A DNA stretch of 64,000 nucleotides from Ignavibacteriota bacterium (GTDB lineage Bacteria > Bacteroidota > Ignavibacteria > UBA10030), in contig OY969585.1 in the NCBI GenBank assembly GCA_963701295.1, positions 704,001-768,000 of the forward strand. Reading direction: 5' to 3'. Every line of letters starts with the position of its first letter. Within the stretch, counting starts at the first letter, position 1. Below are positions 52,101 to 59,194 of this stretch, piece by piece. Made by a program: the position numbers and the translations under genes. The notes under the pieces are model-generated. The model was not told the origin of the DNA and did not search any database. It saw nothing but the letters and a program-made list of their open reading frames with translations.

Positions 52101-52270
52101 TTTGCCCTTTGTGCTTTTATAGCTTTCTGCAGACTTTCGTACACATCTTTCGCACCATTGCCCATCCCGCATGTTCCCATACCAACAGAAATTTTAGGGA
52201 CGTCAGGGAGAAGCTTCTTCAGCCCTTGCTGTTGGATTTTTTCTAATGTTGAAGCGTCAACAATCTTCAT
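49115..52270 (-). CDS. hydB: HydB/NuoF-like flavoprotein fused to a GltD/NfnB-like FAD/NADP(H) module
   Basis: Thioredoxin-like N-terminus, RGRGGAGFP, NADEGDPGA, ESCGKCTPC; then CENSCP, GRIC...C...C, GAGPAG, GAGNVAID..YRR, EATRCLRC. Confidence 0.92.
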   Translation of the reverse strand: MKIVDASTLEKIQQQGLKKLLPDVPKISVGMGTCGMGNGAKDVYESLQKAIKAQRAKIELSITGCFGFCAEETLVNCYIPGQPLVILHKVKPKDAENIVYGLSRGMIPQKKALCRIEQWDFFTSKVEFGTGLSTVPLWKAIPFFKGQKKIVLRDSGLINPEDIEEYIGIGGYSALMKALTHLSKDNVLEEIKNSKLRGRGGAGFPTAIKWEMMKKVDADQKYIICNADEGDPGAYMNRNEIESDPHALIEGMMIGAYVMGASEGVMYVRAEYPLAVERFKKAVAAAREYGILGKNIFGSSFSFDLCYVEGAGAFVCGEETALIASIEGRAGRPLPRPPYPAQKGLWGKPTNINNVETWINVPVIVMIGGNEFAKFGTPTSTGTKVFSLVGKIKNTGLVELPLGTPLENIIYQMGEGTGNKKKIRAVQTGGPSGGCIPVEHFNTPVDYESLTKLGTIMGSGGMVVMDQDNCMVDVARYFVEVTYAESCGKCTPCREGLAQALAILNKITHGDATMKDLDTLERLAYVIRDSSLCGLGQTSSNPVLSTLRYFRDEYEKHIIQKRCKAGVCESLFMALCENSCPLHMNIPGYLQLLKEGRIEEAFELTLRDNPLPGTVGRICYFHCMMRCRRDTIDDPVSQGEIHRYLADTMYKMGKEKAIYQRLIKERLSPTGKKIAIVGAGPAGLTAAYFLVRLGHNVTVYDSHAKAGGILQYGIPAYRLPKDSLNKELDLFKKLGVKFVFNTRVGKELSFKNLQKQSDAIFLAVGAQKDIELDIPGRHLNGVIQGYEFLEEFASGKKLHLGKNVVVVGAGNVAIDAARSCLRLGADVTVVYRRDRDEMPANEHEIKDAIDETIRFMFMSAPHRIIGDLKGKVTGLEIHKMKFDGFDSSGRKRPVETGETAIIECSAVILAVGEKVDFESAKEIGLELRKNGAVKVHQPSYRTNLPKIYAGGDAVTGPATVSEAMGIARHASEAIDFDLMKEKRFHRLFRDFKYKDEVMPEPEGGKMVKPKMLAVKERVSNFQEVLSGYSGEEALQEATRCLRCDVKCQDQD

Positions 52271-52788
52271 GATTTTTTCTTATCCTTAGAAATTTTACCG
52301 ATCAGCTTTTGCAGTTTTGCCGTGGTCACATTACTGTAAATAACTCCATCGATTGCAACAACCGGTGCAAGCGCACATTGGCCAAAACATGATACAGTGG
52401 AAATCGTGAACCGATTGTCCGGTGTAGTAAAGAACGGTTCACCTTCTTCCAGCGATTTGCTGCATCCCAGCATCAGTCCGATGTCATCAAAAAGCGCCTT
52501 TGATCCTTTTGTATGGCAGGCAGTTCCACGGCACACCGTAAGCGTGTGTTGGCCTTGCGGCTTGAGATTAAAGAATGAATAAAATGTAACGACATTGTAA
52601 ATCCTGGAAAGAGGAACACCCATTCTGAGTGCAACGTGGTTTAAGGCTTCTTCTGAAAGATATTTTTGCTCATTGAGGAGTTGCGTCTCTTCAAGAATGG
52701 TCAATAGTTCGCCATGTCGACCTTTATTTTTCGTGACAACCGAATCAATTTGCTGCAATTCCCGCGACAATGTCTGCGTTCTTTCCAT
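52267..52788 (-). CDS. hydC: HydC/NuoE-like [2Fe-2S] subunit
   Basis: VTFYSFF, VCRGTACH, SCFGQCALAP. Confidence 0.94.
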   Translation of the reverse strand: MERTQTLSRELQQIDSVVTKNKGRHGELLTILEETQLLNEQKYLSEEALNHVALRMGVPLSRIYNVVTFYSFFNLKPQGQHTLTVCRGTACHTKGSKALFDDIGLMLGCSKSLEEGEPFFTTPDNRFTISTVSCFGQCALAPVVAIDGVIYSNVTTAKLQKLIGKISKDKKKS

Positions 52789-53266
52789 AACCGTTCCTCA
52801 TTGAAAAAAAAATTTCGTTCGTATTTACGACAGTAAATATTTCCTTTGCAACTTTCATTCCATAAGAATAGACAGCGAAAAGCCCTCATTTTTGCTAGGA
52901 ATGATATAAAATCACGTTATGTTCTTGGTATTTGGAACTTAAGCGGCCGGCAATCTGCAGCGTAATACTTCCCTACAAGTAAAACGCAGTGTATAATATT
53001 GGTAAGATATGAAGGTTAGAATACTTCCAACTTCGCTTGCAATCACTATGTTTTAATAGAACACTTTATCATTGCTCAGAACGGAAATGGTTTCTTCATC
53101 AAAGTTCTTACAAAAATCACCAGCAAACTATTGACTCTTAAATACCCAAACATATAATACTAATATAGAAAAAAAAGAAATGAAAAACAGGAAAAACTCG
53201 TTTATGATGAAAAATAAACTATCTTGGAACATGCTGCGGGGTATTAAACCCGAAAAAGAATAAGCG

Positions 53267-53532
53267 TTATGGTTTTCGACAAATCACAGCAACCTGTTTG
53301 CCAAAATCAAAAAACAAATCCCGAATCCTGCTTGGTGTATGATTGATGCAAGATTGTTTACATCCGGCAGGCGATCGTTGATAATAACTCTGCCAATGGA
53401 TGTGTAAATATGCTTCACCGTTGTAGTATCTTGCAAATGAATAAGTGCAACGATGCCGCATGGTTTCAGCATTCGGAATATTTCCTGCATTGCTTTTAAC
53501 GGATCATCGAAGTGAGGATAGACCGCGAGCAT
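53267..53532 (-). pseudogene. C-terminal remnant of a class I SAM methyltransferase
   Basis: AVYPHFDD...EIFRMLKP.G.VALIH resembles SVWPHL...LFHSILKPSGKLHVWH of 55009..55623; SAM motif I is missing. Confidence 0.65.
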
Positions 53533-53537
53533 TATCC

Positions 53538-54260
53538 CTAATGAGGAATCTCACTGCGTGATCTCAAAGAGAAATTACCAAGCAGACATTGTTCTGCATT
53601 TCTGCAATCATGAAATTCGCGAAGCTCGTTTTCGTATAAGACCAGAAAGCGGCTACACGTCCGCGACGCGAATTCGACATCATGCGTGGCAATAAGGATT
53701 GAGGATATTGCCACATGTAACACTTCCGCAAGGGAAATTCTTCCGAGCGGATCAAGCCCTGATGTCGGTTCATCAAGCAGCAGCACCACAGGGTTCGTGA
53801 CCAGCGCTCCAGCCAGTGCGATTCGCTGGCGCTGGCCGTGGGACAGTTGAAACGGTGAACACTCTGCGATGTCCGACACGCCCAGCGCCGCAAGCACAGA
53901 AATGGCTTTTTCATGCGCTGCTTTCGGCGGCGTTCCTTTGCGAATCAGGCCATATGCAACGTCATCAAGCACACGCGGAAACAGAATTTGATCTTCGGGA
54001 ATATTGAATAGGAACCCTGTCCGGTCACGTGCTTTCTGAAGGTTCTTTTTCTCCACAGGAATCCCATCGATGAAAATAGATCCGGTGAAGGGCACGAGCC
54101 CTACTGCAGCGAGCAGTAACGTCGTTTTTCCCGATCCGTTAAGACCGAAAAGCGCCACTTTCTCGTCGGGATGAACATGAAAGGAAACATCACTGATAGT
54201 GTTCCTAGAGTTTCCGGGATACCGAATAGTGACGGATTTAAATTCAAGTACGGGGTTCAT
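53538..54260 (-). CDS. ECF transporter ATPase (CbiO/NikO-like)
   Basis: GLNGSGKT, PEDQ, LSHGQRQR, LLDEPT, THD. Confidence 0.92.
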   Translation of the reverse strand: MNPVLEFKSVTIRYPGNSRNTISDVSFHVHPDEKVALFGLNGSGKTTLLLAAVGLVPFTGSIFIDGIPVEKKNLQKARDRTGFLFNIPEDQILFPRVLDDVAYGLIRKGTPPKAAHEKAISVLAALGVSDIAECSPFQLSHGQRQRIALAGALVTNPVVLLLDEPTSGLDPLGRISLAEVLHVAISSILIATHDVEFASRTCSRFLVLYENELREFHDCRNAEQCLLGNFSLRSRSEIPH

Positions 54261-55006
54261 GTTATAATCCTCAACCGCATGAGAGCAGACCCAATGAGAA
54301 CAACAGATGTGCAGATGATCGTCAGTACATCAGCAATTGTCAATTTGATACTTTCACCTACCGTTACAGCATCGATTCCGTACCCTCGAACCGTCATTGC
54401 CGCTGCAGTTCGTTCTGCGCGAAATAGCATTCTCACCATCCACACGATCGGAAAAGAAAACAGAACCTTAACACCTCGCACTCCTGATGCGCTCCGCAAT
54501 CTGAGCACACTAATAATGCGCAACGTTTCTTCCGTCAGCAGCATAGTTTGATTTATAAGCTGGACGATCAGCACAACAAATGTCCGGGGGATCGGAAGGC
54601 ATGCGAGCCCGCGATGCACGTCCTGAATGGCAAGAGTGGCAATCGTCGATGCAGCAATAAAAAGACAGCAGGTGCTGCGAAGTGCAATAGCCCCTGCTTG
54701 TGCAAAGCGGTCGGCCATCAGTGTCGTCGTAGACGAACCAGCTGTCATCCATGGAGTTAATAGAAAAAACGGAAAGAAGAGAATGAGCGACGCAATGGCG
54801 CATCGGACAAGCATTTTTACAGGCATTACCGCTAGAACGCACCAGCAGATTGTGACAATGGCCATGAGAAAGATACCGGTAATCAATTGCAACGGAATCA
54901 GTAAACAACTACTGCCAACCAGAATTCCCGAAAGAATTCGAATATGCGCGTGCAGAGATTTCAGGGGACCCTTTCCGCACCCCCAGAATGTAAAAACATC
55001 TTTCAT
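54257..55006 (-). CDS. ECF transporter T component (CbiQ/NikQ-like)
   Basis: TM helices plus LR.LR and RAER...AM.VRGY coupling motifs. Confidence 0.85.
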   Translation of the reverse strand: MKDVFTFWGCGKGPLKSLHAHIRILSGILVGSSCLLIPLQLITGIFLMAIVTICWCVLAVMPVKMLVRCAIASLILFFPFFLLTPWMTAGSSTTTLMADRFAQAGAIALRSTCCLFIAASTIATLAIQDVHRGLACLPIPRTFVVLIVQLINQTMLLTEETLRIISVLRLRSASGVRGVKVLFSFPIVWMVRMLFRAERTAAAMTVRGYGIDAVTVGESIKLTIADVLTIICTSVVLIGSALMRLRIIT

Positions 55007-55008
55007 GA

Positions 55009-55623
55009 TCAAAACTTCCGAGCAGATACCAAATATCCCGAATCGTCGTCCAGCGTTTCTTCGATGATAAAGCCGGATTGTTCGAGCAACGCTGCGGTTT
55101 GAGACGCCGGCGTCAGCATATGATTGCTTATGGCTTCGGACGCTTCTGCGTGAGTCTTGTTTATCGCTTCGCGTGATTTAGTATGCCAGACATGGAGCTT
55201 ACCACTAGGTTTGAGTATACTGTGAAACAATCGCGCCACTATTCCATGATTCATCAGGTGCGGCCAAACCGAATAGCAGATCACTCTGTTAAATACACTC
55301 TCGAAAGTAGCCATATGCTCGACTGAATCACATATCCATCGAACACGTGGATCTTTTACTTTCGTTTGGGCAATCTCGATCATCCGGCTAGAGATATCGA
55401 CAGCAGTGATTCTACCTGCTTGCGATAATTGACAAAGAATTGCGGCGGTCAGATTCCCGGTGCCGCATCCGACATCGAGTACATGCTCATCAGGTTTCAA
55501 GCCAAACTTCTTGAGCTCATTATCGAATTGGACTTTAAGAGATTCAATATCTTCCCATGAGTCCCATTTCGGGGCGATAGAATTAAAATATTTAACGCTT
55601 GATGGTTGACAACAATCACACAT
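55009..55623 (-). CDS. Class I SAM-dependent methyltransferase
   Basis: Start reassigned to MCDCC; YFN..A..WD, VLDVGCGTG, VDIS..M, LKPSG. Confidence 0.9.
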   Translation of the reverse strand: MCDCCQPSSVKYFNSIAPKWDSWEDIESLKVQFDNELKKFGLKPDEHVLDVGCGTGNLTAAILCQLSQAGRITAVDISSRMIEIAQTKVKDPRVRWICDSVEHMATFESVFNRVICYSVWPHLMNHGIVARLFHSILKPSGKLHVWHTKSREAINKTHAEASEAISNHMLTPASQTAALLEQSGFIIEETLDDDSGYLVSARKF

Positions 55624-55625
55624 CT

Positions 55626-56150
55626 TTATACTCCTGTTTGCATATTTGAATGACCCACCATACGAGAAATTCGAATGATTGCCGGAATCGCTACAATCAT
55701 TAAAATGATCCCAGGCCATCCGCTGAAAAGTGATACTCCAACAATAAACATAGCGGGCAATTTCATGAATAAAGCCATCAGATAAATCAATCCGATTCCG
55801 ATGCAACGCCCTAAAAAAAGAACCGGGATGAGAATGATCAGTTCATTAATTTTCGGCAGTACCATCCGCACCGAAGCGATAATCCCGCACATTGTCCCGA
55901 GTTCAATGCTCATAATAAATGCTATCGGAGGGTAAAACGGCGGCATGCCTGTGATTGCACTGGAAAGCAGCGGTAACAGAAGTGCTGTTAGCGTGGCAGG
56001 TAACGGCCCAACGAAAAAGGAAAGGGTCACCAAGGGCAAATACATCGGCATGAACACCGATCCAATATGGAAAACATGAAATATCACCGGCAGCAGCATT
56101 GCAGCCGCACCGAAGACCGCACAATATGCGATATCACGTGGTTTAAGCAT
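55626..56150 (-). CDS. ECF transporter S (substrate-binding) component, substrate unknown
   Basis: 174-aa highly hydrophobic protein with LP..FH, MPMY and TGMPP motifs, upstream of T and A components. Confidence 0.8.
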   Translation of the reverse strand: MLKPRDIAYCAVFGAAAMLLPVIFHVFHIGSVFMPMYLPLVTLSFFVGPLPATLTALLLPLLSSAITGMPPFYPPIAFIMSIELGTMCGIIASVRMVLPKINELIILIPVLFLGRCIGIGLIYLMALFMKLPAMFIVGVSLFSGWPGIILMIVAIPAIIRISRMVGHSNMQTGV

Positions 56151-56236
56151 GGATTATACCTTAAATGCTAGTCTATCAAGAATGTTGAGACCAGGCATCG
56201 AGTTATATTCAATATAAGCAGATTCCTCACAATACA

Positions 56237-56263
56237 ATATTACTCGATCTCAACGCATTTTAC
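56237..56263 (-). promoter_or_regulatory. Candidate NikR operator (weaker) upstream of the ECF genes
   Basis: ATATTAC-N13-ATTTTAC, same architecture as 58387-58413. Confidence 0.4.
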
Positions 56264-56351
56264 GTTTCGCTTTTTAAAGCATGCCGATCCATTGGTAAAG
56301 AAGACATCATTCATTGGATCGCACTGACGTTATTCGTAAGAAATCCTCTCA

Positions 56352-58199
56352 CTAGAGAGATGCCCGCACACCAGCATTCACAGTTCTTCCCGGCATTGGA
56401 TAACCATAAATAGTTTGGTACGACTCATTTAACACATTACGGCTTCCGATGGAAAGAGAAATCTTTGCTGTTACTTGTGCTGTAACTCGAATTTCCATGT
56501 TTGTATAATCGGGCAGTTGTTTCAAAGTGTAGTAGTCTGTTGCGTCGGTTCCGTAAATCGTATTAACATATTGTGCCGAAAGCAAGAAAGTCAAAAAATG
56601 CCAGCGATATTCTCCGCCGAGATATGCTTTGTGCTTTGGCACTGCCTGTACAACATCCGGTTTGTCGGTGAAGGAATAATTTGCATTGACTGTGAAGTTA
56701 TCAAAAGGAAATAAGTGAGCTGAGCATTCCACTCCGTCACGATGAAAACCGCCAGTGTTCCATGATGCTTTCATCGGGTACCAATTATCGACAATGGTGT
56801 TTTGCGCATTGATAACATATCCGGCAACATCGATTGATGCACAATGGCCGAATACGTGAGAGACCCCGATTTCATAATTCCATAGATCTTCCGGTTGTAA
56901 CGTTCCATTCCTTGGTGTCAATTGATAGATTTCAAAAATCTGAGGCGCACGGTATCCTCGTCCAACCGATGCTCGTACATTCGTTTCCTCTGTAAGTTTA
57001 TAAGTGATACCTGCCTGTGGTACGGCAATATCTCCGAAATAAGTATTGTGCGCGTACCGAATACCGGCATTTGCCAGCAGCTTGTCAAAGAATATCTGCT
57101 GCAGGCTGATATAACCGGCATAATCTTCAATGGAATGGGTTCCATAATCATTATATGCATCAGATCCGTTTCCACCGTTTTGTTGTGCATCAATGCCAGC
57201 ACTGATAGTATTGCCGGTAAACAAATTCAATGATTGATAAATCGTTGCGATAATCTGATGGTCATCGGAAATCCAACCTGCGTTATAATACGGATCAAGT
57301 TCATTGTGACCTAAATTATACACGATGTTGATGCCACCCTTTGATATTCCAAAATTATTTTCAATCGATGCACCAATATATCCGCGTTGAATGTGCATCC
57401 AATCATTCGTTTCAGGTTGTGTGATTTGTCCCGGATCAAATGTATTAAATTGAGTGCAGCTTCCATCTAAAGAGAACCGATATTGTTCATTCAATTGATA
57501 TGACGTTTTAAGATAACCGCTGTTGGCGGTATATTCCGACCAAGGTCGCGAACCGTCTGTATGCTCGTGCGTAAATGAACCCAAGATATTCCAACTGTTT
57601 TCTTGATAGCCAAGATGAATACCGTACTGTTGTGCATCAAAACTTCCATAAGAAATTGACGCATCACCTAACATTCCATCTTGCTGTGTTCTATGTGTAA
57701 TAATGTTAATAACACCGCTCATTGCATTGGAACCATAGAGCATCGATGCCGGGCCGCGGATGACTTCCACTCTCTCGATATTTGTAGCGAGGTAGCCGTC
57801 GTTTATTGGATGACCATACCATCCCATATATTGCGGACGACCATCGATTAACGTGAGCACTTCATTGTTCGGACTACCTCCAATGCCTCGTATATTGATT
57901 TGACCTGCTGCCGAATTGACACCGAACCCCAGCACATCTCGCTCCGTTACAAATACGCCGGGTATATTCTGGCTAATGAGGGAAAAAATGGATTTATCCG
58001 GGTTCTCTTTTATTTCCTCTGATGAGACAACGCTGATAGACGGCGAAACCAAATTGCGGGGAGTTTCTGTTTTTGTTGCCGTTACGGTTACCGGATTGAG
58101 GTTATAGGTTCGAGTCGAATCCGGAGAAGTATTCCTTTGTGAATACATACACGTAATGGAAACAACAGTTAAAAGAAATAGTTGCTGTATGTTTTTCAT
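56352..58199 (-). CDS. TonB-dependent receptor
   Basis: Signal peptide, VTVTAT TonB box, IRG, IDGRP, IERVEVIRGPASMLYGSNAMSGVINIIT plug, YPMPGR C-terminus. Confidence 0.95.
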   Translation of the reverse strand: MKNIQQLFLLTVVSITCMYSQRNTSPDSTRTYNLNPVTVTATKTETPRNLVSPSISVVSSEEIKENPDKSIFSLISQNIPGVFVTERDVLGFGVNSAAGQINIRGIGGSPNNEVLTLIDGRPQYMGWYGHPINDGYLATNIERVEVIRGPASMLYGSNAMSGVINIITHRTQQDGMLGDASISYGSFDAQQYGIHLGYQENSWNILGSFTHEHTDGSRPWSEYTANSGYLKTSYQLNEQYRFSLDGSCTQFNTFDPGQITQPETNDWMHIQRGYIGASIENNFGISKGGINIVYNLGHNELDPYYNAGWISDDHQIIATIYQSLNLFTGNTISAGIDAQQNGGNGSDAYNDYGTHSIEDYAGYISLQQIFFDKLLANAGIRYAHNTYFGDIAVPQAGITYKLTEETNVRASVGRGYRAPQIFEIYQLTPRNGTLQPEDLWNYEIGVSHVFGHCASIDVAGYVINAQNTIVDNWYPMKASWNTGGFHRDGVECSAHLFPFDNFTVNANYSFTDKPDVVQAVPKHKAYLGGEYRWHFLTFLLSAQYVNTIYGTDATDYYTLKQLPDYTNMEIRVTAQVTAKISLSIGSRNVLNESYQTIYGYPMPGRTVNAGVRASL

Positions 58200-58386
58200 G
58201 ATATTGTTTTTCTTTCTTCTATAAAGTGGAGTGAGATGTGATTAACTATCGTCATTCGTATAACTTATTAATAGTACGAATTCCAGATAATCGTCATCAC
58301 CCCACAGATAGAAGTCGATGGCATTGATAATTTTGATTCGTCATCACACAGATGTTCCTTCTACGATAAACAGGTTACTGTGTATC

Positions 58387-58413
58387 GTGCTACGAATATT
58401 ACTATTGTGTTAC
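58387..58413 (-). promoter_or_regulatory. Candidate NikR operator
   Basis: GTGCTAC-N13-GTGTTAC between nikR and the receptor gene; width and half-sites resemble deltaproteobacterial NikR sites as I recall them. Confidence 0.6.
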
Positions 58414-58477
58414 CATAAAAGCAAGGAGATTCTGCTGCAATAAAAGAAATATATCAAATTACAGTACCACCTATGGA

Positions 58478-58951
58478 TTATTTCTCACGATGGTACTTAT
58501 GAGGTTTTGCTGATCCCGGGGAATGTTGATGATGTGCATGCTGCTGTAGCGCAGTTGTCAAGGTTAACCGGCCATGCTTAACACCTTTGAGGCTGAGAAG
58601 CTTTTCTGCAATGTTTTTCAAGACCTTTGCGTTGCCTTTGAGCAACACTACTTCAAGACAATGGTCGTGGTCAACATGAACATGAGAGGTAGAGATAATG
58701 TTCTGGAAATAATCGTGCTGAAGATTAGACAGTGATTTTTCCAACTCCCGTTTATGGTGGTCATAAATAAATACCAACGCACCGAAGACATTACCATGTT
58801 CCATCTCAATACTCTCTTCCACAAGCTTATCCCGCACAATATCCCGGACAGCTTCCGAACGGTTGGTGTACCCCTTGTGAGCGATGAGATGATCGAATTG
58901 ACGAAGGAGAGCATCCTCCATCGAAATACCGAATCGTATGAGTTTATTCAT
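58478..58951 (-). CDS. nikR: Nickel-responsive regulator NikR
   Basis: RFGISM, GY.NRSEA.RD..R, YDHH, QH, H.H.DHDHCLE, GVKHG.L; His-rich tail. Confidence 0.97.
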   Translation of the reverse strand: MNKLIRFGISMEDALLRQFDHLIAHKGYTNRSEAVRDIVRDKLVEESIEMEHGNVFGALVFIYDHHKRELEKSLSNLQHDYFQNIISTSHVHVDHDHCLEVVLLKGNAKVLKNIAEKLLSLKGVKHGRLTLTTALQQHAHHQHSPGSAKPHKYHREK

Positions 58952-59194
58952 AGTTTCCTTATGCTTGTATTAATAAAATGTAGCGCACTATTGAATAAAA
59001 GACAATGAGCATATTCTATTGAACGGCAGTTGTAATTTAATCCAACAGTAACATTTAATACACTTTTCCTCAACCTCCGTATGTATTGCCTACAGTTCAA
59101 ACGGTTCTTCATTGCAATCGTTGAGATATATAACTAAATTTTTCTTTATGGAAAATCATATTCACAGTTAAAATTCCAAGGTTGTCTTTTCATA

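Noticed and set aside
58200-59194. Cobalamin or NiCo riboswitch ahead of the TonB receptors
   Set aside because: No B12-box or other recognisable conserved riboswitch core; regulation is better explained by the adjacent NikR
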